64,000 bases of DNA from Escherichia coli (GCF_022493755.1 NZ_CP028767.1); one strand, 5' to 3'. Shown: positions 1 to 10,752, counted from the first letter of the stretch. Translations and numbers: made by a program. The notes: generated from the sequence alone by a model not told the origin.

Positions 1-1293
1 AGTCGTCATGAGGGGGATTCCATTCGCTTCCTCTATGCGAAATCGATGAACACCTTCGGCACCAATTTTCAGTTAATGGGTTACCGCTATTCGACACAAG
101 GTTTTTATACCCTTGATGATGTTGCGTATCGTCGAATGGAGGGGTACGAATATGATTACGATTACGACGGTGAGCATCGGGATGAACCGATAATCGTGAA
201 TTACCACAATTTACGCTTTAGCCGTAAAGACCGTTTGCAGTTAAATATTTCACAATCACTTAATGACTTTGGCTCGCTTTATATCTCTGGTACCCATCAA
301 AAATACTGGAATACTTCGGATTCAGATACCTGGTATCAGGTGGGGTATACCAGCAGCTGGGTTGGTATCAGTTATTCACTCTCATTTTCGTGGAATGAAT
401 CTGTAGGGATCCCCGATAACGAACGTATTGTCGGACTTAATGTTTCAGTGCCTTTCAATGTTCTGACCAAACGTCGCTACACCCGGGAAAATGCGCTCGA
501 CCGCGCTTATGCCTCCTTTAACGCCAACCGTAACAGCAACGGGCAAAATAGCTGGCTGGCAGGTGTAGGTGGGACCTTACTGGAAGGCCACAACCTGAGT
601 TATCACGTAAGCCAGGGTGATACCTCGAATAATGGGTATACGGGCAGCGCCACGGCAAACTGGCAGGCCACTTACGGTACGCTGGGGGTCGGGTATAACT
701 ACGACCGCGATCAACATGACGTTAACTGGCAGCTGTCTGGCGGTGTGGTCGGGCACGAAAATGGCATAACGCTGAGCCAGCCTTTAGGGGATACCAATGT
801 TTTGATTAAAGCGCCTGGCGCAGGCGGTGTACGCATTGAAAATCAAACTGGCATTTTAACCGACTGGCGCGGCTATGCGGTGATGCCGTATGCCACGGTT
901 TATCGGTATAACCGTATCGCGCTTGATACCAATACGATGGGGAATTCCATCGATGTTGAAAAAAATATTAGCAGCGTTGTGCCGACGCAAGGCGCGTTGG
1001 TTCGTGCCAATTTTGATACCCGCATAGGCGTGCGGGCGCTCATTACCGTTACCCAGGGCGGAAAACCGGTGCCGTTTGGATCACTGGTACGGGAAAACAG
1101 TACCGGAATAACCAGTATGGTGGGTGATGACGGGCAAGTTTATTTAAGTGGTGCGCCATTGTCTGGTGAATTACTGGTTCAGTGGGGAGACGGCGCGAAC
1201 TCACGCTGCATTGCGCACTATGTATTGCCGAAGCAAAGCTTACAGCAAGCCGTCACTGTTATTTCGGCAGTTTGCACACATCCTGGCTCATAA
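1..1293 (+). CDS. sfmD: Fimbrial usher protein, C-terminal part (gene starts upstream of window; the M at 46 is not the true start)
   Basis: Open frame running into window start; usher-like C-terminal sequence; followed by fimbrial subunit genes, fimZ and argU as in the K-12 sfm locus. Confidence 0.75.
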   Translation, partial: SRHEGDSIRFLYAKSMNTFGTNFQLMGYRYSTQGFYTLDDVAYRRMEGYEYDYDYDGEHRDEPIIVNYHNLRFSRKDRLQLNISQSLNDFGSLYISGTHQKYWNTSDSDTWYQVGYTSSWVGISYSLSFSWNESVGIPDNERIVGLNVSVPFNVLTKRRYTRENALDRAYASFNANRNSNGQNSWLAGVGGTLLEGHNLSYHVSQGDTSNNGYTGSATANWQATYGTLGVGYNYDRDQHDVNWQLSGGVVGHENGITLSQPLGDTNVLIKAPGAGGVRIENQTGILTDWRGYAVMPYATVYRYNRIALDTNTMGNSIDVEKNISSVVPTQGALVRANFDTRIGVRALITVTQGGKPVPFGSLVRENSTGITSMVGDDGQVYLSGAPLSGELLVQWGDGANSRCIAHYVLPKQSLQQAVTVISAVCTHPGS

Positions 1294-1305
1294 AGGAAAT
1301 TATCA

Positions 1306-2313
1306 ATGAAGATAATCTGCAGATTATTATTGGCGATGGAATGTTTGTGTCTGGCAAACATATCCTGGGCTACTGTTTGTGCAAATAGTACTGGCGTAGC
1401 AGAAGATGAACACTATGATCTCTCAAATATCTTTAATAGCACCAATAACCAGCCAGGGCAGATTGTTGTTTTACCGGAAAAATCCGGCTGGGTAGGTGTG
1501 TCAGCAATTTGTCCACCCGGCACGCTGGTGAATTATACATACCGTAGTTATGTCACCAACTTTATTGTTCAGGAAACTATCGATAATTATAAATATATGC
1601 AATTAAATGATTATCTATTAGGTGCGGTGAGTCTGGTTGATAGTGTGATGGATATTCAGTTCCCCCCGCAAAATTATATTCGGATGGGAACAGATCCTAA
1701 CGTTTCACAAAACCTTCCATTCGGGGTGATGGATTCTCGTTTAATATTTCGTTTAAAGGTTATTCGTCCCTTTATTAACATGGTGGAGATCCCCAGACAG
1801 GTGATGTTTACCGTGTATGTGACATCAACGCCTTACGATCCGTTGGTTACACCTGTTTATACCATTAGTTTTGGTGGCCGGGTTGAAGTACCGCAAAACT
1901 GCGAATTAAATGCCGGGCAGATTGTTGAATTTGATTTTGGTGATATCGGCGCATCGTTATTTAGTGCGGCAGGGCCGGGTAATCGACCTGCTGGTGTCAT
2001 GCCGCAAACCAAGAGCATTGCGGTCAAATGTACGAATGTTGCTGCGCAGGCTTATTTAACAATGCGTCTGGAAGCCAGTGCCGTTTCTGGTCAGGCGATG
2101 GTGTCGGACAATCAGGATTTAGGTTTTATTGTCGCCGATCAGAACGATACGCCGATCACGCCTAACGATCTCAATAGCGTTATTCCTTTCCGTCTGGATG
2201 CAGCTGCGGCAGCCAATGTCACACTTCGCGCCTGGCCTATCAGTATTACCGGTCAAAAACCGACCGAAGGGCCGTTTAGCGCGCTGGGGTATTTACGCGT
2301 CGATTATCAATGA
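1306..2313 (+). CDS. sfmH: Fimbrial adhesin-like minor subunit
   Basis: 335-aa ORF with signal peptide directly downstream of usher; locus synteny. Confidence 0.7.
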   Translation: MKIICRLLLAMECLCLANISWATVCANSTGVAEDEHYDLSNIFNSTNNQPGQIVVLPEKSGWVGVSAICPPGTLVNYTYRSYVTNFIVQETIDNYKYMQLNDYLLGAVSLVDSVMDIQFPPQNYIRMGTDPNVSQNLPFGVMDSRLIFRLKVIRPFINMVEIPRQVMFTVYVTSTPYDPLVTPVYTISFGGRVEVPQNCELNAGQIVEFDFGDIGASLFSAAGPGNRPAGVMPQTKSIAVKCTNVAAQAYLTMRLEASAVSGQAMVSDNQDLGFIVADQNDTPITPNDLNSVIPFRLDAAAAANVTLRAWPISITGQKPTEGPFSALGYLRVDYQ

Positions 2314-2323
2314 GGTACGGAGA

Positions 2324-2839
2324 ATGAGAAGAGCACTCTTTAGCTGTTTCTGCGGGTTACTGTGGATTTCCAGTGGATGGGTAGCTGACCCTTTGGGAAC
2401 GATTAATATCAATTTGCACGGTAACGTTGTTGATTTCTCCTGTACCGTAAACACTGCGGATATTGATAAGACGGTAGATTTAGGCAGATGGCCTACGACA
2501 CAATTACTGAACGCTGGCGATACCACGGCACTCGTCCCTTTTAGCCTGCGGCTGGAGGGATGTCCTCCGGGTTCAGTTGCGATTTTATTTACGGGAACGC
2601 CGGCATCCGATACCAACCTGCTGGCTCTGGATGATCCCGCAATGGCGCAAACCATCGCCATCGAATTACGTAATAGCGATCGCTCCCGGCTCGCACTGGG
2701 AGCGGCGAGCCCGACTGAGGAAGTAGATGCAAATGGCAATGTCACACTAAACTTTTTTGCCAATTATCGAGCGTTAGCCAGCGGTGTTCGGCCAGGTGTG
2801 GCGAAAGCGGATGCGATATTTATGATCAATTATAATTAA
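2324..2839 (+). CDS. sfmF: Fimbrial subunit (171 aa)
   Basis: ATG at 2324 preceded by GAGG Shine-Dalgarno; signal peptide; the track ORF from 2129 is an upstream over-extension. Confidence 0.7.
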   Translation: MRRALFSCFCGLLWISSGWVADPLGTININLHGNVVDFSCTVNTADIDKTVDLGRWPTTQLLNAGDTTALVPFSLRLEGCPPGSVAILFTGTPASDTNLLALDDPAMAQTIAIELRNSDRSRLALGAASPTEEVDANGNVTLNFFANYRALASGVRPGVAKADAIFMINYN

Positions 2840-2841
2840 TA

Positions 2842-3474
2842 TTATATTAATTCGTATAATTTGGCGTAGTCGATAAGTTCTACAATTGAATGCAAACCTA
2901 GCTTGCCATAAATATTAGATTTATGCGCACTAACTGTTTTATTGCTAAGTAATAACTTATCGGCAATTTCTTTATTAGATAATCCGCTAACCAGATAACG
3001 TAATATGGTCACTTCACGATTAGATAGTACAGTGACCGTTGAACTATTCGTACTACATTTATTGCTTTTTATATAGTTAAGCGTTTCGCTGGGAAAAAAC
3101 GTGTATCCGGAGAGGATCATCTGAACGGCATGAAAAATATCATTCTGATCATTGCATTTACTGACAAAACCGTTAGCACCAGCTTGTATCGCTCTGCCAG
3201 CATAAAAGCATTCTGATTTCGATGATAAAAATAACACTTTCACTGTGCTCTGGATTTGTTTGATCCTTTTCAGGAAGGTAAAACCGTCTGTTCCGGGCAA
3301 GTCTATATCCATAATGATTAAATCAACAGGACGGGTTCGGAGATAATCGATGGTTATGCGGTAATCATCCGTTTTCAGGACAATCTGCAATTCACTGTTT
3401 TTTTGCAACAGAACTTCAATAGACATTCTGATGATAGGATGAGTATCCATAATGATCACCGACGTTGGTTTCAT
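2842..3474 (-). CDS. fimZ: LuxR-family response regulator (receiver domain plus C-terminal HTH)
   Basis: 210-aa product from internal Met (MKPTSVIIMD...); LuxR HTH motif near C-terminus; adjacent to sfm operon and argU. Confidence 0.85.
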   Translation of the reverse strand: MKPTSVIIMDTHPIIRMSIEVLLQKNSELQIVLKTDDYRITIDYLRTRPVDLIIMDIDLPGTDGFTFLKRIKQIQSTVKVLFLSSKSECFYAGRAIQAGANGFVSKCNDQNDIFHAVQMILSGYTFFPSETLNYIKSNKCSTNSSTVTVLSNREVTILRYLVSGLSNKEIADKLLLSNKTVSAHKSNIYGKLGLHSIVELIDYAKLYELI

Positions 3475-3716
3475 AGTTACCAGTCTCATAGGAGCGGACA
3501 ATTTTCCGTTAGGGCGGTAAATTGTACTTTGATACATGAAAATACGGGTTTTCTTGATTCAGACGCGCAGCGGTGTGTGTTTGTTTGCCGCTATAGCGAA
3601 ATAAATCAGAAAATCAGACGCGGTCGTTCACTTGTTCAGCAACCAGATCAAAAGCCATTGACTCAGCAAGGGTTGACCGTATAATTCACGCGATTACACC
3701 GCATTGCGGTATCAAC

Positions 3717-3793
3717 GCGCCCTTAGCTCAGTTGGATAGAGCAACGACCTTCTAAGTCGTGGGCCGCAGGTTCGAATCCTGCAGGGCGCGCCA
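3717..3793 (+). tRNA. argU: tRNA-Arg, anticodon UCU
   Basis: 77-nt sequence gcgcccttagctcagttggatagagcaacgaccttctaagtcg...gcgcgcca with cloverleaf-compatible arms and UCU anticodon. Confidence 0.9.
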
Positions 3794-3795
3794 TT
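3749..3795. repeat. Prophage attL core (3' part of argU), direct repeat of 50427-50473
   Basis: 47-bp exact match cttctaagtcgtgggccgcaggttcgaatcctgcagggcgcgccatt at both positions; integrase gene immediately adjacent. Confidence 0.75.
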
Positions 3796-3808
3796 ACAAT
3801 TCAATCAG

Positions 3809-4972
3809 TTACGCCTTCTTTATATCCTCCATAATTCCAGAGTGGGACATATTTGGGACATTATCACCAAAAATGTCGTCTATTTTCCTCGCATGCTCTG
3901 TCAAATGATTAGGCGCAAGGTGAGCATACCTACGAACCATTTCTATGGACTCCCATCCGCCCATTTCCTGAAGCACTGATAATGGGACGCCTGACTGAAT
4001 CAGCCAGCTTGCCCAGGTGTGTCTGAGGTCATGGAAACGGAAATCTTCAATTCCTGCACGACGACAAGCTGATAGCCATGATGTCTTGCTGTCGATGCGC
4101 ATCTTCCTGACCGCAGGCGTTGATGTTCCATCTGCTCGCTTAGCCGCCTTGGTATGTACAAACACCCATTTGTGATGCTTGCCTATTTGATCACGCAACA
4201 CTTTACAGGCGGTATCGTTCAGCGCCACACCAATGGCGCGGTTTGATTTGCTCTCTTCTGGATTCACCCAGGCAACTCGTCGCTGCATGTCGATTTGTTG
4301 CCATTCCAGATTTATGATGTTCGACTTTCTCAGACCAGTTGCCAGCGCAAACTTGACGACAGATTTCAGTGGTTCGGGGCACTCATCAATAAGGCGTTTT
4401 GCTTCCTCCTTTTCCAGCCATCTGACTCGCTTGTTTCTGACCGCTGGTATCTTGATGACAGGCGCTTTTTCCAGCCACTTCCAGTCGCGTTCTGCAGCAC
4501 GGAGAATGGCCTTTATCATGGCAAGATGCTTTGCCTTTGTCTGAGTTGATACTGGCTTTGGTTCATAAACAGGCAGTTCTTTACCTTTCCTGATGGCGGC
4601 CTGAACTTTCTGTTTCCATATTTCTTTCGTCTTTCTGTTATGCATTCTGCTTACAGCAGAGTAAATCTTTGCCTCCGAGATATCTTTAAGCCTTATACCC
4701 TCAAAATGTTCAAGCCAGAACTCAATCCGGCTTTTATCTGAATCGAGAGATTTTTTATCAGCTTTTTCCTCAAGCCATCTTAGGCAGGCCTCTTCAAAAG
4801 TGACATCAGGTAAATCCCCTAGCTTTTCTACTCGCCAGAGTTCTGCTTTTCGCTTGTCGTGCAACTCCTGAGCTTGCCGCTTGTCCTTTGTGCCAAGAGA
4901 TTCCTTAATTCGTTTCCCGCCCGGGAGCGAATACGAGGCATACCATATTTCATTTCTGCGGAAGAGTGACAT
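3809..4972 (-). CDS. int: Tyrosine site-specific integrase (387 aa)
   Basis: C-terminal catalytic motifs ([10 protein letters not shown]...RRYAHL); adjacent to tRNA attachment site. Confidence 0.9.
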   Translation of the reverse strand: MSLFRRNEIWYASYSLPGGKRIKESLGTKDKRQAQELHDKRKAELWRVEKLGDLPDVTFEEACLRWLEEKADKKSLDSDKSRIEFWLEHFEGIRLKDISEAKIYSAVSRMHNRKTKEIWKQKVQAAIRKGKELPVYEPKPVSTQTKAKHLAMIKAILRAAERDWKWLEKAPVIKIPAVRNKRVRWLEKEEAKRLIDECPEPLKSVVKFALATGLRKSNIINLEWQQIDMQRRVAWVNPEESKSNRAIGVALNDTACKVLRDQIGKHHKWVFVHTKAAKRADGTSTPAVRKMRIDSKTSWLSACRRAGIEDFRFHDLRHTWASWLIQSGVPLSVLQEMGGWESIEMVRRYAHLAPNHLTEHARKIDDIFGDNVPNMSHSGIMEDIKKA

Positions 4973-5199
4973 TTTCTTTCCTCTGTTATGCCATCACCCG
5001 CGCTCACCTGGACAGTATGCAGCGGAGACTGAAGCGCCGCAATGCAGGCTTGCCGTGTTGTGAGGTAAGGAGATTTTGGCTTGGTTGGATCTTTACGTGT
5101 TGCCTGTAGGCGGCCTGTTCGTATCCAGTTGGTGGCGGTTGGTCTGGATATCTTAAGAAACTGACAGGCCTCATCGAGTGTGAGGCTGTATGATTCCAT
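4828..5199 (-). CDS. xis: Excisionase-like DNA-binding protein (3' end uncertain; overlaps int start)
   Basis: Starts [31 protein letters not shown], an AlpA/Xis-like HTH; position immediately upstream of int. Confidence 0.5.
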   Translation of the reverse strand: MESYSLTLDEACQFLKISRPTATNWIRTGRLQATRKDPTKPKSPYLTTRQACIAALQSPLHTVQVSAGDGITEERKCHSSAEMKYGMPRIRSRAGNELRNLLAQRTSGKLRSCTTSEKQNSGE

Positions 5200-5449
5200 G
5201 GTTACCTCTGCTTTTTGAACGCATGTCACGTAACTTCTTAATGTGTTCTGCCGTTTCGATCTCTTCTGCTATCTGATCTGCATCAGCTTTATTCACAGGT
5301 TCAAAGTCATGATTAAAGCGGAACATGCTGGCGATACATGTTCTGCCTTTTCGGATGTAGTGAACTTTGTTGTGGGTAGAACGCAGGATTTTGCAGGGAG
5401 TGCCGTGGTGGTCGACGTACCAGGTGTTAGGAAAAATGATTCTGAACAT
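5171..5449 (-). CDS. Hypothetical early-left protein
   Basis: 92-aa ORF co-oriented with the early-left operon; no recognised domain. Confidence 0.35.
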   Translation of the reverse strand: MFRIIFPNTWYVDHHGTPCKILRSTHNKVHYIRKGRTCIASMFRFNHDFEPVNKADADQIAEEIETAEHIKKLRDMRSKSRGNHGIIQPHTR

Positions 5450-5496
5450 TTTTACACCTCAGTTGGACGATGTTGAAATTTGCTGCTTTGAGGCCA

Positions 5497-5715
5497 TCAC
5501 AGTCCCCATTGTTTGTTCTTAAGTTCGATCTCCTCCTGGCAACTTGCACAAGTCCGACAACCCTGAACAGCCAGGCGTCTTCGCTCATCTATCGGATCGC
5601 CACACTCACAACAATGAGTTGCGGATACAGTCTGGTAGTTCAGACGACGCATTTTTATTGCTGTATTGCGCTGTAATTCTTCGATTTCTGATGCTGAATC
5701 AATGATGTCTGCCAT
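5497..5715 (-). CDS. TraR/DksA-family C4 zinc-finger protein
   Basis: 72-aa ORF with CxxC...CxxC (CCECGDPI...CRTCASC) motif. Confidence 0.6.
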   Translation of the reverse strand: MADIIDSASEIEELQRNTAIKMRRLNYQTVSATHCCECGDPIDERRRLAVQGCRTCASCQEEIELKNKQWGL

Positions 5716-5807
5716 CTTCCATTAATCCCTGAATTGTTGGTTAATACGCTTGAGGATGAATGCGAACAATAAAAAAGGAGCCTGTAGCTCCCTGATGATT
5801 TTGCTTT

Positions 5808-6125
5808 TCATGTTAACCGTTCCTTAAAGACGCCGTTTAACATGCCGATCGCCAGGCTTAAATGAGTCGGTGTGAATCCCATCAGCGTTACCGTTTCACG
5901 GTGCTTCTTCAGTACGCTACGGCAAATGTCATCGACGTTTTTATCCGGAAACTGCTGTCTGGCTTTTTTGATTTCAGAATTAGCCTGACGGGCAATGCTG
6001 CGAAGGGCGTTTTCCTGCTGAGGTGTCATTGAACAAGTCCCATGTCGGCAAGCATAAGCACACAGAATATGAAGCCCGCTGCCAGAAAAATGCATTCCGT
6101 GGCTGTCATACCGGGTCTCTCTCAT
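5808..6125 (-). CDS. Hypothetical early-left protein (true start may be internal)
   Basis: ORF in early-left operon orientation; no recognised domain. Confidence 0.35.
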   Translation of the reverse strand: MRETRYDSHGMHFSGSGLHILCAYACRHGTCSMTPQQENALRSIARQANSEIKKARQQFPDKNVDDICRSVLKKHRETVTLMGFTPTHLSLAIGMLNGVFKERLT

Positions 6126-6297
6126 CTGCTTCTGCTTTCGCCACCATCATTTCCAGCTTTTGTGAAAGGGATGTGGCTAACGTATGAAATTCTTCGTCTG
6201 TTTCTGCTGGTATTGGCACAAACCTGACTCCAATTTGAGCAAGGCTATGTGCCATCTCAATGCTCGTTCTTAACTCAACAGGAGATGCTTTGTGCAT
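6106..6297 (-). CDS. Hypothetical small protein
   Basis: 63-aa ORF immediately upstream of exo in the same orientation. Confidence 0.3.
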   Translation of the reverse strand: MHKASPVELRTSIEMAHSLAQIGVRFVPIPAETDEEFHTLATSLSQKLEMMVAKAEADERDPV

Positions 6298-6448
6298 ACA
6301 GCCCCTCGTTTATTATTTATCTCCTCAGCCAGCCGCTGGGCTTTCAGTGGATTTCGGATAACAGAAAGGCCGGGAAATACCCAGCCTCGCTTTGTAACGG
6401 AGTAGACGAAAGTGATCGCACCTACCCGGATATTATCGTGAGGATGCT

Positions 6449-7129
6449 TCATCGCCATTGCTCCCCAAATACAAAACCAATTTCAGCCAGTGCCTCGTCC
6501 ATTTTTTCGATGAACTCCGGCACCATCTCGTCAAAACTCGCCATGTACTTTTCATCCTGCTCAATCACGACATAATGCAGGCCTTCACGCTTCATGCGCG
6601 GGTCATAGTTGGCAAAGTACCAGGCATCTTTTCGCGTCACCCACATGCTGTACTGCACTTGGGCCATGTAAGCCGACTTTATGGCCTCGAAACCACCGAG
6701 CCGGAATTTCATGAAATCCCGGGAGGTAAACGGGCATTTCAGTTCAAGGCCGTTGCCGTCACTGCATAAACCATCCGGAGAGCAGGCGGTACGCATACTT
6801 TCGTCGCGATAGATGATCGGGGATTCAGTAACATTCACGCCGGAAGTAAACTCAAACAGGGCTCTGGCGTCGTTCTCGTACTGTTTTCCCCAGGCCAGTG
6901 CTTTAGCGTTAACTTCCGGAGCCACACCGGTGCAAACCTCGGCAAGCAGGGTGTGGAAGTAGGACATTTTCATGTCAGGCCATTTCTTTCCGGAGCGGGG
7001 TTTTGCTATCACGTTGTGAACTTCTGAAGCGGTGATGACGCCGAGCCGTAATTTGTGCCATGCATCATCCCCCTGTTCGACAGCTCTCACGTCGATCCCG
7101 GTACGCTGCAGGATAATGTCCGGTATCAT
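6449..7129 (-). CDS. exo: Lambda exonuclease (Red alpha)
   Basis: 226-aa product matches recalled lambda Exo sequence almost throughout ([36 protein letters not shown]...). Confidence 0.95.
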   Translation of the reverse strand: MIPDIILQRTGIDVRAVEQGDDAWHKLRLGVITASEVHNVIAKPRSGKKWPDMKMSYFHTLLAEVCTGVAPEVNAKALAWGKQYENDARALFEFTSGVNVTESPIIYRDESMRTACSPDGLCSDGNGLELKCPFTSRDFMKFRLGGFEAIKSAYMAQVQYSMWVTRKDAWYFANYDPRMKREGLHYVVIEQDEKYMASFDEMVPEFIEKMDEALAEIGFVFGEQWR

Positions 7130-7911
7130 GCTGCCACCTTCTGCTCAGTGGCTTTCTGTTTCAGGAATCCAAGAGCTTTCACTGCTTCGGCCTGTGTCAG
7201 TTCTGACGATGCGCGAATGTCGCGGCGAAATATCTGGGAACAGAGCGGCAATAAGTCGTCATCCCATGTTTTATCCAGGGCGATCAGCAGAGTGTTAATC
7301 TCCTGCATGGTTTCATCGTTAACCGGAGTGATGTCGCGTTCTGGCTGACGTTCTGCAGTGTATGCAGTATTTTCGACAATGCGCTCGGCTTCATCATTGT
7401 CATAGATACCAGCAAATCCGAAGGCCAGACGGGCACACTGAATCATGGCTTTATGCCGTAACATCCGTTTGGGATGCGACTGCCACGGCCCCGTGATTTC
7501 TCTGCCTTCGCGAGTTTTGAATGGTTCGCGGCGGCATTCATCCATCCATTCGGTAACGCAGATCGGATGATTACGGTCCTTGCGGTAAATCCGGCATGTA
7601 CAGGATTCATTGTCCTGCTCAAAGTCCATGCCATCAAACTGCTGGTTTTCATTGATGATGCGGGACCAGCCATCAACGCCCACCACCGGAACGATGCCGT
7701 TCTGCTTATCAGGGAAGGCGTAAATTTCTTTCGTCCACGGATTAAGGCCGTACTGGTTGGCGACGATCAACAATGCGATGAACTGCGCATCGCTGGCATC
7801 ACCTTTAAATGCCGTCTGGCGAAGAGTGGTGATCAGTTCCTGTGGGTCGACAGAATCCATGCCGACACGTTCAGCCAGCTTTCCTGCCAGCGTTGCGAGT
7901 GCTGTACTCAT
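7126..7911 (-). CDS. bet: Red beta single-strand annealing protein
   Basis: 261-aa product matches recalled lambda Bet; 4-bp overlap with exo. Confidence 0.95.
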   Translation of the reverse strand: MSTALATLAGKLAERVGMDSVDPQELITTLRQTAFKGDASDAQFIALLIVANQYGLNPWTKEIYAFPDKQNGIVPVVGVDGWSRIINENQQFDGMDFEQDNESCTCRIYRKDRNHPICVTEWMDECRREPFKTREGREITGPWQSHPKRMLRHKAMIQCARLAFGFAGIYDNDEAERIVENTAYTAERQPERDITPVNDETMQEINTLLIALDKTWDDDLLPLCSQIFRRDIRASSELTQAEAVKALGFLKQKATEQKVAA

Positions 7912-7916
7912 CCGTT

Positions 7917-8213
7917 TTATACCTCTGAATCAATATCAAACTGGTGGTGAGCAATGGTTTCAACCATGTACCGGATGTGTTCTGCCATGCGCTCCTGAAA
8001 CTCAACATCGTCATCAAACGCACGGGTAATGGCTTTTTTGCTGGCCCCGCAGCGTTGCAAATGATCGATACAGAGTGATTCAAACAGGTGCTGTGGAAGA
8101 CCTTTTTCCATGTCGTCTGCCAGTTCTGCCTCTTTCTCTTCACGGGCGATCTGCTGGTAGTGACGTGCCCAGCTCTGAGCCTCAAGACGATCCTGAATGT
8201 AATAAGCGTTCAT
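7917..8213 (-). CDS. gam: Gam RecBCD inhibitor, short (98-aa) form
   Basis: Matches lambda Gam from [21 protein letters not shown]...; an in-frame TAA 19 codons upstream excludes the long form. Confidence 0.85.
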   Translation of the reverse strand: MNAYYIQDRLEAQSWARHYQQIAREEKEAELADDMEKGLPQHLFESLCIDHLQRCGASKKAITRAFDDDVEFQERMAEHIRYMVETIAHHQFDIDSEV

Positions 8214-8289
8214 GGCTGAACTCCTGAAAATGGCTGTGAAAATATCGCCTGCGAAATGCCAGGCTGATTAGGAAAACAGGAAAGGGGGG

Positions 8290-8700
8290 TTAGTGATTCA
8301 GGCCGTTACCGCGTCCGTCGAGAAAAACTTCTACGAGCAAATCACGGGTATAAGTGCGCTCGATGCCGCGATGCAGATAAAGCCGTCCGCGTAAATTAGC
8401 TGATGCAGTCCAGGTACCATCTTTGTGTTTGACCAGCATTCCTGGCATGACCGCACCGCGATTAACGGTCTGCGTTCCGTAATGTTGATGAACCATAAAA
8501 ACTCCTGCCCGTAAGCTGGGCTGCTGAACATATAAAGACTTCTGCGCGTATTCAGGCGGTGGATGGCCGCCGGTTGTCATAACTAAGCCGCCTCGTTGAA
8601 GCGACTGAGGTATGAAGTGTTGAGTTGATTTCAGCTGGTCACACCGACGTTCACGCGTCCGCTTCACCCCTCGCACTCCCCGGAGCCTGCTGAAATTCAA
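8290..8700 (-). CDS. Hypothetical protein in the N (antiterminator) position; start uncertain (TTG called, internal ATGs possible)
   Basis: First ORF downstream of predicted pL; Arg-rich N-terminus; no similarity to lambda N recognised. Confidence 0.3.
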   Translation of the reverse strand: MNFSRLRGVRGVKRTRERRCDQLKSTQHFIPQSLQRGGLVMTTGGHPPPEYAQKSLYVQQPSLRAGVFMVHQHYGTQTVNRGAVMPGMLVKHKDGTWTASANLRGRLYLHRGIERTYTRDLLVEVFLDGRGNGLNH

Positions 8701-8769
8701 GCTGCGGATCTAAGCGGTCATCGCAACGGTGAATCAGGTGATTGCCGTATCGTTGTGTTGTTGCGACAT

Positions 8770-8830
8770 GGTGATAATAGCTATTGCTATTGATGATATC
8801 AATACTTATTGCTATTGCTAGATGTGTTTT
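8770..8830 (-). promoter_or_regulatory. Putative pL promoter with operator repeats (oL)
   Basis: Minus-strand -35 TTGATA (8797-8802), 17-bp spacer, -10 TATTAT (8774-8779); repeated TTGCTATTG motif also present in the cI-cro intergenic region. Confidence 0.5.
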
Positions 8831-8943
8831 GATATTAAATATTTGATAGCAAAAAGAATTAATTTTGTGACTTGCATCGCATAGCGATAACTGAAGCGGG
8901 GTTGTGGTGGTTTTTTGAACGGTGTGTGTGATGAGGGGAGGCA

Positions 8944-8975
8944 AAAGAAAACCCGGCACGGTGGCCGGGACGTTT
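8944..8975 (-). terminator. Rho-independent terminator ending the cI-operon (tIMM analogue)
   Basis: GC stem cccggc/gccggg with T-run on the minus strand immediately after the stop of the 8975..9487 gene. Confidence 0.5.
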
Positions 8976-9487
8976 TATTTCAAAGAAAAATTATGACTAG
9001 CGTATCTTGGAAGAAATTCATATAGTGTTAATGTCTTAACGCCGTGAGAAGCAGCAGCATCCGGGATCATTATTCTTTTTTTAGGTTTGCCACCGGATGG
9101 TTTCTCATGGGTAATAATAGTATATCCATGTGTCATCGCATGGGCTATTAAAAAAGCATCTGCTTTTTCATGGCTTGCAAAATCAAACTTTGCCTTTTCG
9201 GTAACATCTAATTTAGTTGACCAATTTATTAACTTTGCATAATTTTCTATTGAACTATGCTCATCTTCGAAGAATGATGATGGTAACTCTTCTTTAATCC
9301 ATTTACACAATGGATCATCTTTTGCACATAGTTCTTTTTTTACAGCATTAATGCTATAAATCAGACCATTAATGTGTAAAGCGAGAAGAAAATCCCAAAA
9401 TATTTTGCAATAATTGAAGTTATATGCAAAGTTTTTTGCCTCTATGAAGACATTACTATCAATTAAGAATTTTCCATTATGAATCAT
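8975..9487 (-). CDS. DUF4411/PIN-like putative nuclease (candidate toxin/effector)
   Basis: 170 aa; N-terminal FLIDSNVFIEA motif typical of PIN-fold proteins; 4-bp ATGA overlap with upstream gene. Confidence 0.55.
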   Translation of the reverse strand: MIHNGKFLIDSNVFIEAKNFAYNFNYCKIFWDFLLALHINGLIYSINAVKKELCAKDDPLCKWIKEELPSSFFEDEHSSIENYAKLINWSTKLDVTEKAKFDFASHEKADAFLIAHAMTHGYTIITHEKPSGGKPKKRIMIPDAAASHGVKTLTLYEFLPRYASHNFSLK

Positions 9488-10623
9488 AGAGATTCTCGTT
9501 TTTTATAAAATTCAACAACTGTATCTGCTTTTACATTTAGCAGTACGCCTGCTTCCCTTAATGGTAATTGTTGAGACATTGCTTTGGAAATTATTATATT
9601 CGTAAGTTTTGGACTGTTACGAACAGGTAATGTGTTAAAGAAAGAACCACCATTGGATTCTTTTTTGGGCTTATTGTAAGCTTGATCTTTAATTATCTCC
9701 AAAGTGTTTCTTTCTATCAAATCTAATTGTAACGCTTTGATTGCACAAGCGAAATCACTAACCTTAAATAACTTAGAAACCTCTTTTACTCGATAATAAT
9801 TATTATCGCTGGATGCATTAAGCCAGAAAGATTTGAAGAGATTATCAGGCATTAAGATTTCAGCAGCAACTTTATTACAAAAAGATTCTATGTTTTTTTC
9901 TGTGTCCCACCCAGAGACTCCATCGACTCCAAGCCAAAGATGAGCCACCTCATGAAATAATGTAAATACCTGCGCAGATAACGCGTCCGAGCTATTTACA
10001 AAAATGATCGGAGCAACGCTATCAGATATACAGAAACCACGAAACTCTCGCGTGTCAAGTTTTCTTTTATTATTATTACCCACAACACCATTCTTGAAAA
10101 CTAATACGCCAGTGTCTTCTATTAGTTTTGCCACTTTAGAAAAATAGCTCTCAAAAGTGACATTTTTTATCTCTTTTTGTATATCAAAATGTATTGTGTT
10201 TGCTATGTCTGTAGCAACAACCTTATAATTTAATTTTCTATTAAATTTAAATTTACCAATAAAATCGAGTGGATCATCATTACCATTTTCTCTTAAATAG
10301 TCTTTGTACCACTCAAGTTTATATTCTATATCATAGTAAACATCAAAAAAATCTTTTCCTAACTCACGGCTATTTATAGCTTGCCTTAAGTCAGGGATCT
10401 TGGGTTTGGCTGGAGTTGGTGGCGTTTCAAGAAATAAAAAACCGAAAGGGATTCCTCCAATTTTTGCCAGTTTTTCTGCTGCGGATTTACTTACCACTCC
10501 GTTAAGAAATTTATTAATCTTTTTGGGCATGACTTGGTCAGCAAGAGTTTCGATAGAAACTCCTTGAGAATTTGCTATCCAATCAATCATCTTCCTAGAC
10601 AATTGAAATTCAACCGCTGCCAT
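9484..10623 (-). CDS. HTH domain fused to ImmA/IrrE-family (COG2856) zinc metallopeptidase
   Basis: 379 aa; HExxH motif (FHEVAHLW); N-terminal HTH-like segment; occupies rexA/rexB position directly downstream of cI. Confidence 0.6.
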   Translation of the reverse strand: MAAVEFQLSRKMIDWIANSQGVSIETLADQVMPKKINKFLNGVVSKSAAEKLAKIGGIPFGFLFLETPPTPAKPKIPDLRQAINSRELGKDFFDVYYDIEYKLEWYKDYLRENGNDDPLDFIGKFKFNRKLNYKVVATDIANTIHFDIQKEIKNVTFESYFSKVAKLIEDTGVLVFKNGVVGNNNKRKLDTREFRGFCISDSVAPIIFVNSSDALSAQVFTLFHEVAHLWLGVDGVSGWDTEKNIESFCNKVAAEILMPDNLFKSFWLNASSDNNYYRVKEVSKLFKVSDFACAIKALQLDLIERNTLEIIKDQAYNKPKKESNGGSFFNTLPVRNSPKLTNIIISKAMSQQLPLREAGVLLNVKADTVVEFYKKRESL

Positions 10624-10752
10624 GTTATCACCTAGTTAAAAAAACCTATTATTCAACAATTATTGTTGTGCACCTGATAGCTAACGTCAAGCCTAATTTA
10701 TTGCCTTACTACAGTAAGCTGAAAAGCGAAGTGCATAATTTTGTTCTGATTT

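Noticed and set aside
46-1293. Usher gene starting at the Met at position 46
   Set aside because: Usher proteins are about 850 aa and the frame is open to the window edge; this Met is internal.
8651-8959. 102-aa minus-strand ORF spanning the predicted pL/operator region
   Set aside because: Covers the operator and promoter repeats and the terminator; more parsimoniously non-coding regulatory DNA.
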